DNA of 64,000 bases from an uncultured Desulfosarcina sp. (GTDB lineage: Bacteria; Desulfobacterota; Desulfobacteria; Desulfobacterales; Desulfosarcinaceae), in assembly GCA_963674945.2 (NCBI GenBank), contig CAXXWQ010000004.1:704001-768000 (forward strand). Direction: 5' to 3'. Under the pieces are notes generated by a model. That model worked only from the letters and a program-made list of their open reading frames with translations. It was not told where the DNA came from and searched no databases. This document shows positions 28,080-37,991 of this stretch, one piece after another (positions within the stretch are counted from its first letter, which is position 1; the number at the start of each line of letters is the position of its first letter). A program made the position numbers and the translations under genes.

Positions 28080-28772
28080 ATGCCCGAGAGAGTATTTACA
28101 GATCAGGAACTGAAGGAGATGGGAACCTTGACCCTCGACCTCCTGAAACAGGCCATTGAATCCGGAGACAAGGAAAAAGCCAAGGCCCTGGCAGACCGAA
28201 TGTATCAGGAGAGCCTCCAGATGCATGATATGTATGTGGACTGGGCGGCCGGATTCATGGATTGGATCTACCGAAACTGCGGGGACGACGCCCTTCTCGA
28301 AGCGGAAAAGAGGGTTTTCGGCGATTTTATGGGCCTTGCGAGCCTGCCCGATATGCGTGATATCGACTTTAAACTCAGAGCGTTGGGAACGGTTAATTCG
28401 CTCAGAGGCCACCAACAACCCTTAAGGATCGAAGAAGATGACGAGAAGCTGAGCATTACCATGGTGCCCTGCGGCAGCGGCGAACGATTATACCAGAAAG
28501 GTCGTTTCGGGCCGCCGTGCAACCTGTCTCTGATTAACAAGGCGCAGCCCTTGACCGGCGGCAAGACGGACTATCCGGTGTATTGCACCCATGAGCCGGT
28601 TCTCGAACTGATCGCCATTGAGAACCTTGGCTACCCCATCACCGTCTGTTTTCCTTGTGAGAACGTGGCCAGAGAAGAGGGAGGCTGCACCTTCTGCGTC
28701 TATAAGGACTTCAAGAATATTCCCGAAAAAGTGTGGACCAGAGTGGGGAAAGAAAAGCCCAAAGATCTCTAA
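28080..28772 (+). CDS. Cys-rich hypothetical protein (230 aa)
   Basis: SD CAGGAG. PCGSG, YCTHE, CFPC and GCTFCVYK segments. Follows AE1 in the same direction. Confidence 0.8.
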   Translation: MPERVFTDQELKEMGTLTLDLLKQAIESGDKEKAKALADRMYQESLQMHDMYVDWAAGFMDWIYRNCGDDALLEAEKRVFGDFMGLASLPDMRDIDFKLRALGTVNSLRGHQQPLRIEEDDEKLSITMVPCGSGERLYQKGRFGPPCNLSLINKAQPLTGGKTDYPVYCTHEPVLELIAIENLGYPITVCFPCENVAREEGGCTFCVYKDFKNIPEKVWTRVGKEKPKDL

Positions 28773-28984
28773 GACTCTTAAAAAGCCGAGCATCAGTACC
28801 CGGGAAATTGTATTGTTGGCAAAAATGCCCTTGGAAACGAAATCGTTTCCATAAAAGTATCGGCTGCGCCGATGCTCGGCCTCCTTTAAAAAAATTCGCA
28901 AGGCGTCATCGAATTGTTCTGTTTGCAGAAAAACGAATCCCGGAAGTTGCCTATGGATGAACAGTTTTCTTAGAAGGGAAAAAA

Positions 28985-29197
28985 ATGTCGCATATTGAAA
29001 AAAGCATCACGGAAGACATGATTCAAAGAGTGCAAAAAGCGCGAAATGTGAGTCGCGGGCAAGCAAAATGGATCATCGAATCACATGTGGAAACCCCGGA
29101 TGGGGTGCAATGTTGCAGCATACCGTACCAAGTCCAGAATCACGAATCAGTATCACTCGATGAAATCGTCGACCAAATTTGCAAAGAAGCAAAATAA
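28985..29197 (+). CDS. Small hypothetical protein (70 aa)
   Basis: Purine-rich SD-like stretch. Natural-looking composition with a QCCS motif. Fills an intergenic gap. Confidence 0.5.
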   Translation: MSHIEKSITEDMIQRVQKARNVSRGQAKWIIESHVETPDGVQCCSIPYQVQNHESVSLDEIVDQICKEAK

Positions 29198-29258
29198 AAA
29201 TCATCTCTGTGAAAATCGAATCGCAGCTCTTTTGTTTGTGGAAGAGAGACGGTAACGA

Positions 29259-30245
29259 TCAATAAATTTCGCTGGGTGAGTTACCGTCCCACGGACTCCT
29301 GATAACTTCGAGGTAAATCATCGTCTCAGTCTTGACGATACCCGGTATATTTCCAAGACCATCCCTAAGAAAATCCGAAAGCGCCAGAATTTCTGAAAAG
29401 TGTACACCGAGAAGAATGTCATAGTGCCCCAGGATTATGGTAACGAAATGCACGGAATTGAATGACGCCAGTTTATTCGCTACATCGTCAACCGCACCGG
29501 GAACGACCTTGATGCCGATCATTGCCGTCATTTCATACCCGAGGGATCCGGGTTCGGTAACGGCGATGATCTCTGTAATTCCTTCGGAAAGAAGCCGCTG
29601 TAATCTCTTTGCGGCGCTTACCCTGCTGACACCCAGTTTTTTTGCCAGTTCTACCACCGGCATCCTGCCGTCCTTCTGAAGTTCTTCAATAATTGTCATA
29701 TCCAGCTCATCCGGAACGTATCTCTTCATTGCTGATTTCTTTTGATGCGCTGGTTTGTATTTTTGCGGGGTGGCCGCGCTTATGGGATATGACAATACGT
29801 TCTTAATCGTCTCCATGTGAATCAAGGTTTCATTGCCGGTGATTCCGGGAATTTTTCCGATTTCATGCCGAAGAAAGGCGGAGAGTGCGTCAAGGCCTCT
29901 AAAAAAAGCCCAGGTCACGATATCATAAGGGCCGGTGGCAAGAGCCACCGAACGGAAATTGGGAAATGATGCAAGTTTCTCAGCGACTTTATGGATATCG
30001 TGCTCTGAATTCACGGTAAAACCAACCGTCACGCTGAGGTTTTGCTTTGAAAGCGGCAGGGCCGGCACGGCGACGACTTTAATGATGCGCTCGTCGATGA
30101 TTCTTTTCAGTCTGGCGCTGGCCGCACGCTGACTGATGCCGGTCTTGGTTGCCAGATGAACAACAGGCATTCGGCCGTCTCTGGCCAGTTCCTGAATCAT
30201 CGTCAGATCGATCTTATCAAGCTCAAAATTTGCGTGTTGCCGCAT
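29259..30245 (-). CDS. Lrp/AsnC-family regulator with two tandem HTH-RAM units (Lrp1)
   Basis: Two LD..D..II.EL..DGR HTH units, each followed by a G.YD RAM domain. SD CAGGAG before MRQH. Confidence 0.9.
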   Translation of the reverse strand: MRQHANFELDKIDLTMIQELARDGRMPVVHLATKTGISQRAASARLKRIIDERIIKVVAVPALPLSKQNLSVTVGFTVNSEHDIHKVAEKLASFPNFRSVALATGPYDIVTWAFFRGLDALSAFLRHEIGKIPGITGNETLIHMETIKNVLSYPISAATPQKYKPAHQKKSAMKRYVPDELDMTIIEELQKDGRMPVVELAKKLGVSRVSAAKRLQRLLSEGITEIIAVTEPGSLGYEMTAMIGIKVVPGAVDDVANKLASFNSVHFVTIILGHYDILLGVHFSEILALSDFLRDGLGNIPGIVKTETMIYLEVIRSPWDGNSPSEIY

Positions 30246-30611
30246 AGTCAGTCTCCTGTGCGATCCTGCTGAATCGGAACCAGCCATTTTCACGATTGAT
30301 GCTGCCCTGACCATCCTTTCACAACAGTTCTTGAACGGATGCCGAGATAAATTATAATATCAGTATATTAAAATAATTCAAATTTTTTCCTCCCAATCGA
30401 TTCAGAATTAATTGACAAATATGTTTATCTAATATACCTATTGGCATATTAAGTAAACACTCTACAAGGATATAATGAACATTTAGGATCATTAACCATA
30501 ATAAAATACAAATTTTATCAGTAACGACAGCGCCAAAAAAAAGATTTGCCGGATATATCAATGATTCAAAGATGATTTCTTACCATCATTACCAGCAAAG
30601 GAGTATACACA

Positions 30612-31376
30612 ATGTCACTGAAACTATTTGATTTGACGGGTAAGGTAGCGATGGTCACCGGCAGCACGCGGGGCTTGGGAGAGACCGCTGCCATGGCTTT
30701 GGCCAAAGCCGGCGCCGACGTGGCCGTATGCGGACGGAGTGTGGCGGATCTGAAAAGGGTTTCTTCCGCCATAAAGGCCTTGGGAAAGGATTCCGAAGGT
30801 TTTGTGCTGGATGTGACCGATAGTGAGAAAACCCGTGAAGGCGTGGAAAAAATCGTAGAACGGTTCGGGAAAGTGGATATTCTTTTCAACAATGCAGGCG
30901 TCAACCATCGCGTGCCCGTCCTCGAATATCCGGAAGAAGAGTGGGATCGCGTCATCAATACCAATTTAAAGGGGTATTACCTGGTTGCCCAGGCCGTGGT
31001 TCCCCAGATGATCGACCGCGGTTACGGAAAGGTCATCAACATGAGCTCGATTTTGGGGACGGTGGCGCTGCCCAACCAGCTTGCCTATGCCGCTTCCAAA
31101 GGCGGTGTAAATCAGATGACCAAGGTGATGGCGCTGGAATGGGCGCAAAAAGGAGTGTGTGTCAATGCCATCGGCCCCACTTATTTCGAGACGGAACTGG
31201 TGGCACAGCTGCGCAACGACCCGGAAAGGTTCAATTTCATCAACGAACGCACACCTGCAGGTCGCTGGGGGTATCCTCCCGAACTGGAGGGGATCGTTAT
31301 TTTCCTGGCATCAAAGGCCTCGGATTTCATTACCGGCCAGACAATCTATATCGACGGGGGATGGACGGCCTGGTAA
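30612..31376 (+). CDS. Classical SDR (gluconate-5-dehydrogenase/KduD-like)
   Basis: TGSTRGLG, NNAG, YAASK and DGGWTAW motifs. Confidence 0.92.
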   Translation: MSLKLFDLTGKVAMVTGSTRGLGETAAMALAKAGADVAVCGRSVADLKRVSSAIKALGKDSEGFVLDVTDSEKTREGVEKIVERFGKVDILFNNAGVNHRVPVLEYPEEEWDRVINTNLKGYYLVAQAVVPQMIDRGYGKVINMSSILGTVALPNQLAYAASKGGVNQMTKVMALEWAQKGVCVNAIGPTYFETELVAQLRNDPERFNFINERTPAGRWGYPPELEGIVIFLASKASDFITGQTIYIDGGWTAW

Positions 31377-31420
31377 TTTTACTCGACGTACTACCTTATT
31401 CCCCAACCAAGAGGAGAAAA

Positions 31421-33112
31421 ATGGAATCCATATACGAAAAAAGACCGTGGCTGAAAAATTATCCGCAAGATGTGCCACATGATATCGAGATACCTTCTTG
31501 CACCGCATTGGATGATTTTATGACATCTGCTTCTCGCAAGCCGGATGCGCCTGCGGTCTATTACTTTGATCACACGATTTCCTACGGCGCCATCGACCGG
31601 GCTTCGGACTGCCTTGCGGCTGCCTTTTCGGATTTCGGTCTCACCAGGGGAGACCGAATCTTGCTGATCATGCAAAACGTTCCCCAGTTTCTCGTGGCCA
31701 CCTATGCCGCCTGGAAGCTCGGGGCCATCGTGGTGCCGGTCAATCCCATGTACAAGGAAAAAGAACTGGATTACCTGGTACGCGATTCCGGGGCAAAAAT
31801 CGTGGTCACTCTCGATGAAATCGCAGCCAAACTTGACCTTTCCTTTACCAAAGACTCACCGGTTCAAAAGATTCTGACCACCTCGGCGACAAGCATGCTT
31901 CCCGCCGATGCCGAAATTCCTCCCGTGCTCGAAAATCTCAAAAAGTCCGGGTCGACCATGACGGTCGACATGGATGCGCTCATCGAAAGCAATGAGGGAC
32001 GAAAGGTAGACCGTGCGACCGTGTCCCCCGACGATGTCGCCTATTTGACATATACTTCGGGAACCACCGGCCCGCCCAAAGGGGCCATGAACACCCATGC
32101 CAATATCACCTTCAACGCCCGTGTGTACCAGGCCATGCAGCGCATCGACGACAAGGATGTCGTTCTCGGCGTTGCCCCCTTGTTTCATGTGACCGGAGAG
32201 GTGGCCCATCTGGCCATCGCTGCACTCGCTGGGATCCCGGTGGTTCTTTATTACCGATTCGATCCGGCGGAGACCCTCCGGTTGATCGAGCGCTGGAAGG
32301 TCACCATGACTGTTGCCTCCATCACCGTATTTATCTCGCTGATGAATCATCCGGATATCAAAAAGAGAGACCTCTCTTCTCTTGTGAAAGCTTACAGCGG
32401 CGGTGCCCCGGTTTCCGAAGCCACGGTGAACCAGTTCAAGGACCTGACCGGACTTTACATCCACAATGTCTATGGCATGACCGAGACCAATTCCCCCTCC
32501 CATATCGTCCCGCTGGGACAAAAAGCTCCCGTGGATCCGCAAAGCGGCGCCCTTTCCGTGGGCATTCCCGTGCCCGGTTGCGTCACCAGGATTATGGATG
32601 TGGATAATGGGATCGAGGAGATGCCCGTGGGAGAGGCGGGAGAGATCGTGGACACCGGGCCCAACATCACGCCGGGGTACTGGCAAAAACCCAAAGAGAC
32701 GGAGCATGCCATCCGCAACGGCTGGCTCTATACCGGTGATGTCGGCGTAATGGACGAAAACGGCTGGTTTTACGTCGTCGATCGCAAGAAAGACATGATC
32801 GTGGCTTCCGGTTACAAGGTGTGGCCGCGGGATGTCGAAGACGTCATCTTCCAGCACCCGGCGGTGAAGGAGACGGCGGTGGTGGGCGTACCGGACCAGT
32901 ACCGGGGCGAAACCGTGAAGGCTTTCGTGGCGCTCAAGGACGACATGGAAGGAAGGGTCACGCCGGAAGAGATCATCGCTTTCTGTAAAGAGCGCATGGC
33001 CGCCTACAAGTATCCCCGCCAGGTCGAGTTCGTGCCGGAAATCCCCAAAACCCTTACCGGCAAGTTTCTGCGGCGCAGTCTGCGGGATCAAGATAAACCG
33101 GAAAAAAAATAG
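31421..33112 (+). CDS. Acyl-CoA synthetase (long-chain fatty acid-CoA ligase family)
   Basis: SD GAGGAG before MESIYEK. YTSGTTGPPKG, YGMTE, TGD, DRKKD and PKTLTGK motifs. Confidence 0.92.
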   Translation: MESIYEKRPWLKNYPQDVPHDIEIPSCTALDDFMTSASRKPDAPAVYYFDHTISYGAIDRASDCLAAAFSDFGLTRGDRILLIMQNVPQFLVATYAAWKLGAIVVPVNPMYKEKELDYLVRDSGAKIVVTLDEIAAKLDLSFTKDSPVQKILTTSATSMLPADAEIPPVLENLKKSGSTMTVDMDALIESNEGRKVDRATVSPDDVAYLTYTSGTTGPPKGAMNTHANITFNARVYQAMQRIDDKDVVLGVAPLFHVTGEVAHLAIAALAGIPVVLYYRFDPAETLRLIERWKVTMTVASITVFISLMNHPDIKKRDLSSLVKAYSGGAPVSEATVNQFKDLTGLYIHNVYGMTETNSPSHIVPLGQKAPVDPQSGALSVGIPVPGCVTRIMDVDNGIEEMPVGEAGEIVDTGPNITPGYWQKPKETEHAIRNGWLYTGDVGVMDENGWFYVVDRKKDMIVASGYKVWPRDVEDVIFQHPAVKETAVVGVPDQYRGETVKAFVALKDDMEGRVTPEEIIAFCKERMAAYKYPRQVEFVPEIPKTLTGKFLRRSLRDQDKPEKK

Positions 33113-33122
33113 TGAGAACACC

Positions 33123-34571
33123 ATGAAACTGAAAACCGCCGAAGATTACATAGATAGCCTGCGTGCGCTTCACACAAAGATCTACTACAGAGGCAAGCGC
33201 ATCGAGGATGTCACCCGACATCCCGCAACCGCCCCCCACGTTCGTGCGGCCGCCATGACATACGCCGTTGCCAACAACGAAGAGCATCGCGATCTGGCCA
33301 CGGCCACATCGCATCTTTCGGGAAAACCCATCAGCCGGTTTTCCCACGTGCATCAAAACGTCGAGGATCTGATCAAGAAGGTCAAACTGCTTCGCGTTCT
33401 CGGCCAGATGACCGGAACCTGCTTTCAAAGATGCGTCGGCCTTGACGGCATCAACGCAACCTATTCCGTCGCCTTTGAAATCGACCAGAAGCATGGTACC
33501 GACTATCTAGAACGTTTTAAAAAGTGGCTGACATATATCCAGGATGAGAATCTGATGGTGGTTGGCGCCATGACCGATCCCAAGGGAGATCGTTCCAAAA
33601 GCCCGGTGGATCAGCCTGATCCGGACCAGTATGTTCGTGTGGTAAGGCGGGAAAAAGACGGCGTCGTCATCCGCGGAGCGAAAATTCACATGACCGGCGC
33701 GGTCAACTCCCACGAAATCTTGGTGATGCCGACGACCGCCATGAATGAGAAGTCCAAGGATTATGCCATCACTTGTGCCGTTCCCATCGACGACCCGAAC
33801 ATCACGATGATCTTCGGTCGCCAGGCCAACGACGATCGGCGGGACCATAAGGAGCGCATCGATTTTGGCAACCTCTCCTTCGGTGCCGTGGGGGGAGAAG
33901 CGATGATCGTTTTCGACGATGTCTTCGTGCCCACGGAAAGGATCTTCATGGATGGGGAGACGGAATTCGCAGGACTCCTGGTTTATAGGTTCGCGGCGCA
34001 CCATCGTGCCAATTACGGTGCCTGCAAGACCGGGCTGATGGACGTGCTCACCGGCGCGGTGAGTTATCTGACGCTGATGCAGGGTACGAACAAGGCCTCT
34101 CACGTCAAAGACAAGATTACGGAGATGATCCATCTGAGCGAGACATTGTACAGTTCGTCCGTTGCCTGTTCGGCCGAAGGATCTCCCACCCCATCGGGCG
34201 CGTATATGGTCGATACCATGCTGGCCAATGTCTGCAAGCAAAATGTCACGCGGTTCCACTTTGAGGTCGCACGTCTCGCCCTGGACCTGGCCGGCGGATT
34301 CATCGCCACCTTGCCCAGCCAGTATGACCTGGAAAGTGAAGATGTCGGCCACCTGGTAAGAAAGTACTTTTCCGGTGTGGAAGGTATTCCCGTGGAACAT
34401 CGGATCAAGGCCGCCAGACTCATCGAATCCATGACCGGCGGCACGGCCCTGGTGGAGTCCATGCATGGCGCCGGATCACCCCAGGCGCAAAGAGTGATGA
34501 TCCTTCGGGAAGGCGATCTGGAGAAAAAGATCAAGCTGGCGAAAGCCATAATGGCGGTTCCCGGTGAGTAG
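33123..34571 (+). CDS. abfD: 4-hydroxybutyryl-CoA dehydratase / vinylacetyl-CoA isomerase family
   Basis: Fe-S ligand motifs TCFQRCVG and HHRANYGACK. AMTDPKGDRS, GAKIHMTG and ESMHGAGSPQAQ. Confidence 0.88.
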   Translation: MKLKTAEDYIDSLRALHTKIYYRGKRIEDVTRHPATAPHVRAAAMTYAVANNEEHRDLATATSHLSGKPISRFSHVHQNVEDLIKKVKLLRVLGQMTGTCFQRCVGLDGINATYSVAFEIDQKHGTDYLERFKKWLTYIQDENLMVVGAMTDPKGDRSKSPVDQPDPDQYVRVVRREKDGVVIRGAKIHMTGAVNSHEILVMPTTAMNEKSKDYAITCAVPIDDPNITMIFGRQANDDRRDHKERIDFGNLSFGAVGGEAMIVFDDVFVPTERIFMDGETEFAGLLVYRFAAHHRANYGACKTGLMDVLTGAVSYLTLMQGTNKASHVKDKITEMIHLSETLYSSSVACSAEGSPTPSGAYMVDTMLANVCKQNVTRFHFEVARLALDLAGGFIATLPSQYDLESEDVGHLVRKYFSGVEGIPVEHRIKAARLIESMTGGTALVESMHGAGSPQAQRVMILREGDLEKKIKLAKAIMAVPGE

Positions 34572-34672
34572 ATGTTCTGAGAATTTACGCGGCATTCACT
34601 GCAAATACGGATGCGCTGCAAGATATCAACCGTCTGTACAATCAAACAAGGGTAAAGGATTATACAAAGATC

Positions 34673-36340
34673 ATGACGAACAACTGGCATTCAACCTATG
34701 ATGTTGTTGTAGTGGGAACGGGTGCAAGCGCTCTTTCCGGTGCGATCACCGCTGAATACAACGGTATGAAAACATTGGTAATCGAGAAGCTGGACAAATG
34801 GGGCGGTTCAAGCGCCTATTCCGGAGGAGGACTATGGATACCGAATAATTTCCTCATGCAGGAAAACGGGTATCTGGATTCGACCGAAGAAGCCTTGCAA
34901 TACATGGAGGCGGTTATCGAAGATGTCGGACCGGCCAGTTCAAGGGTAAGAAAAGAAGCCTACCTCAAATACGCGCCGGAGATGGCATTGTTTCTGAAAG
35001 ACCTGGGCTTTCAATGGGTACAGGCGCCATTTTACGCAGATTATTATCCGCTTGTTCCTGGCGCCAAGAACGGCAGGTGCATAGAGGGGGATTTTTTTAA
35101 TGGGAAAAAACTGGGAAAACTGAGAAAATCCCTAACGAGTATCCCGGGAATGCCGGATGTTGCAATCCACTGCGGTGATGCGTATCTGTTGCCTCTTGTG
35201 ACACAAACCTGGAAAGGTTTCAAGCGTACAATAAAAATATTTGGAAAAACGATTGCGTGGACGCTAACCGGAAGGCAACCGCTCGCCATCGGAAAAAGTC
35301 TCGTGGGCCAGCTCATGTATATTTTGCAAACAAAATATAGCACTCCGGTATGGCTGGAAAGTCCTTTAAAAGAAATCATCATGGAAGATGGTCGCGCCGT
35401 CGGCATTGTCGTGGAAAAAGAAGGAACATCAGTAAAGGTTCAGGCCAAAAAGGGTGTCCTGCTGGGAGCCGGCGGTTTCGCTCAGGGTGGTGAATACAGA
35501 CGCAAATACCAGCCCATCGGATCGGACTGGACTTCCGCCTCCCCCGGAAATACCGGTGATGCCATTCAGGCCGGTGAAAGAGTCGGGGGAGCGTTGGCGA
35601 TGATGGAAGAAGCCTGGTGGGGGGGGGCTTACATCTTGGATGGCAAAATAACCTTTTCCGTGCATGAACGCTCATTTCCCGGCTGTATGCTCGTGGACCA
35701 TTCCGGTTTTCGATATGTGAACGAATCCTGCTCTTATGTTGATTTTGGCCGCGCAATGCTGGATCGGGAAGCAGAAGTGGGCGGCGCCATCCCCTCATGG
35801 CTGATTATGGATGGGAAATACCGAAAAAAATATTTATTCGGTATGTTGCCGCCGGGCATGACCCCGAAAAAATATCTCAAAGACGGTACAATAATAAAGG
35901 CGAAATCCATTGAAGAACTTGCCGAAAAATGCGGGATTCACAAAGAAAATCTGCAAAACACGGTGAAACGATTCAATAGTTTCGCATACCAAGGCATTGA
36001 TGACGATTTTGGCAGGGGCACGAGTATTTATGACCGGTATTATGGCGACCCCGGGGTTTTCCCCAACAACAATTTAGCGCCAATTCAAAACGCCCCCTTT
36101 TACGCAATTAAATTCTATCCCGGAGATTTGGGAACCAAGGGGGGGCTGCTGACCGATGAATATGGCAGGGTATTGCGTGAAGACGGCTCCGTAATTAAAG
36201 GATTGTATGCATCGGGTAATAATACGGCTTCCGTAATGGGAAAGACGTACCCGGGCGCAGGATCCACACTTGGGCCGGCCTGCACCTTTTCATATATTGG
36301 AATGAATCATCTTGCCGAAGAAAATAATGAAATTAAATGA
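34673..36340 (+). CDS. FAD-dependent 3-ketosteroid-delta1-dehydrogenase-like (cyclic ketone alpha,beta-desaturase) enzyme
   Basis: GGSSAYSGGGLWIPNN, DYYP, NESCSY, GDLGTKGGL and YPGAGSTLG motifs. Confidence 0.85.
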   Translation: MTNNWHSTYDVVVVGTGASALSGAITAEYNGMKTLVIEKLDKWGGSSAYSGGGLWIPNNFLMQENGYLDSTEEALQYMEAVIEDVGPASSRVRKEAYLKYAPEMALFLKDLGFQWVQAPFYADYYPLVPGAKNGRCIEGDFFNGKKLGKLRKSLTSIPGMPDVAIHCGDAYLLPLVTQTWKGFKRTIKIFGKTIAWTLTGRQPLAIGKSLVGQLMYILQTKYSTPVWLESPLKEIIMEDGRAVGIVVEKEGTSVKVQAKKGVLLGAGGFAQGGEYRRKYQPIGSDWTSASPGNTGDAIQAGERVGGALAMMEEAWWGGAYILDGKITFSVHERSFPGCMLVDHSGFRYVNESCSYVDFGRAMLDREAEVGGAIPSWLIMDGKYRKKYLFGMLPPGMTPKKYLKDGTIIKAKSIEELAEKCGIHKENLQNTVKRFNSFAYQGIDDDFGRGTSIYDRYYGDPGVFPNNNLAPIQNAPFYAIKFYPGDLGTKGGLLTDEYGRVLREDGSVIKGLYASGNNTASVMGKTYPGAGSTLGPACTFSYIGMNHLAEENNEIK

Positions 36341-37493
36341 ACCCATCACGATCCGCAACATGCGGCTCAATCGTCGTGTGATTATGCCTGCCATGGGCAA
36401 TTTTGCCCATTTTCTCGGACTTGAAGGCCCGACGGAGGCGATCATCGACTTCTATGCAAAACGCGCCGAAGGTGGCGTCGGTGCCATCATTGTGGGTGCC
36501 TTGCCACCTTCCGCTTTCATTGCTGATGAGGATTTGAATCAAACGATCCCTCCTCTTTCACGCATGGAGGCGCTGGGAAACCTTGCCACGAAACTGCATG
36601 CATATGGGACCAGAGTCGGTGTACAGCTGTTTCACACAAACATGTATCCCTCGGGCACGACCCATTCGCCGGTTCCTCAAGAGTGGGTGGCCCCATCACC
36701 ACGAGTGGAAGATCATATTCCCTATCAGCCCATGGGGCAAAAAATGCGTCAGCTGACCATCGCGGAGATTCAGGCAATCATCGGCAGGTTTGCCTCGGCG
36801 GCGCGCCAGATTAAAAATTCCGGGGTCGATTTCGTGGAATTTCATCAGTCCCACGGCCACCTTCCATATCAGTTCTTCACTCCCCTTGAAAATCGACGGG
36901 ATGATCGTTACGGCAGCGGATCGGCCGGCAGGATGGCATTTGGCCTGGAATGCGTCGCGGCCATGAGAAATGCCGTGGGAAATGATTATCCCATCTTTGT
37001 CAGATTGGGTGCCTTCGATGAAGCCCCTCGGGGAATCACCCCGGCGGATGCAGCGGATTATGCCGCTGCGCTGGAAAAGATCTCGACGGATTGTATCAAT
37101 GTCTCGGTCGGGATCGGGAGCGCGACAGACTATGCCAGTTATGCCTCTCCGGTAAAAAAGTCTCCCATGGGTACGTATGCGCATCTGGCAGAGGCGATAA
37201 AGCGCAAGGTCACTATACCGGTTGTGGCAGTGGGACGTATCAACACGCCGGAGATCGCCGAAGACCTGCTGAACAAAAAACAGGCTGATTTGGTTGCCAT
37301 TGCCCGGCAACTCATCTGCGATCCTTCGTGGGTGAACAAAGCCATCGAGAACCGATCCGATGAAATTATTCCCTGTAATTCCTGCAATACGTACTGTTGG
37401 TGCCGAGGCAGTCAGAAGAAACCCGCTACGCACTGTTGCGTCGTGACGAAACGATCCGGAGAGGAATGGGAAAGATTCTTTTCCCATTCATAA
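36327..37493 (+). CDS. NADH:flavin oxidoreductase (Old Yellow Enzyme family)
   Basis: NRRVIMPAM, RAEGGVG, EFHQSHGHL, NRRDDRYG, VGRI, AIARQLICDP and PCNSCNTYC motifs. Overlaps the upstream stop. Confidence 0.9.
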   Translation: MKLNEPITIRNMRLNRRVIMPAMGNFAHFLGLEGPTEAIIDFYAKRAEGGVGAIIVGALPPSAFIADEDLNQTIPPLSRMEALGNLATKLHAYGTRVGVQLFHTNMYPSGTTHSPVPQEWVAPSPRVEDHIPYQPMGQKMRQLTIAEIQAIIGRFASAARQIKNSGVDFVEFHQSHGHLPYQFFTPLENRRDDRYGSGSAGRMAFGLECVAAMRNAVGNDYPIFVRLGAFDEAPRGITPADAADYAAALEKISTDCINVSVGIGSATDYASYASPVKKSPMGTYAHLAEAIKRKVTIPVVAVGRINTPEIAEDLLNKKQADLVAIARQLICDPSWVNKAIENRSDEIIPCNSCNTYCWCRGSQKKPATHCCVVTKRSGEEWERFFSHS

Positions 37494-37847
37494 ATAGTTG
37501 GCTGAGGAGTCGGGGATTTTTCTTTTCAATGATTCGCCATAGCCGACCGAGTGTTTTCAGTATCAACGCTGACCGTTCCCTGGCACACCCATTTCATTTA
37601 AGGTAAGCTTTTCCGACCTCCTCGAACAAAGCCGGCGAATCAGTCGGCATCGTCTTCAAAATCGTCAGAATCGAGCAAATCCCTCCTCATAACGGTGACA
37701 CTTTTGTCACAGTGGCCTGGGCCTGGCACAGCTTCATGGACGGCTTGCAGATCCTAATAGTGACCATAACGCAACTTTCGTAATTCATCCCAAACGGAGC
37801 CGGCAGGAATCCCGAAAGTCGGGTTATAAGTAAAGGATTCCAAGTCT

Positions 37848-37944
37848 TTTTATTGATAAACATATCTTATTTTACCTAAATAGGCATTTATTGTAAATTT
37901 TTTGTTCCTTTTTGCTTTACATTTCTTGCTTACTGCATTAGATT
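37848..37944 (+). promoter_or_regulatory. GRE2 promoter: same 21-bp box plus TTTACA-N17-TAGATT
   Basis: Box at 37848-37868, -35 at 37916-37921, -10 at 37939-37944. Confidence 0.7.
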
Positions 37945-37991
37945 GTAATCGTAAACATAAAATGACAAACCGTAAAATAAGGGAGAAAAAA

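Noticed and set aside
30941..31420. 160-aa N-terminal extension of the CoA ligase in the ORF track
   Set aside because: It overlaps the SDR in another frame. A clear SD and family-typical start lie at 31421.
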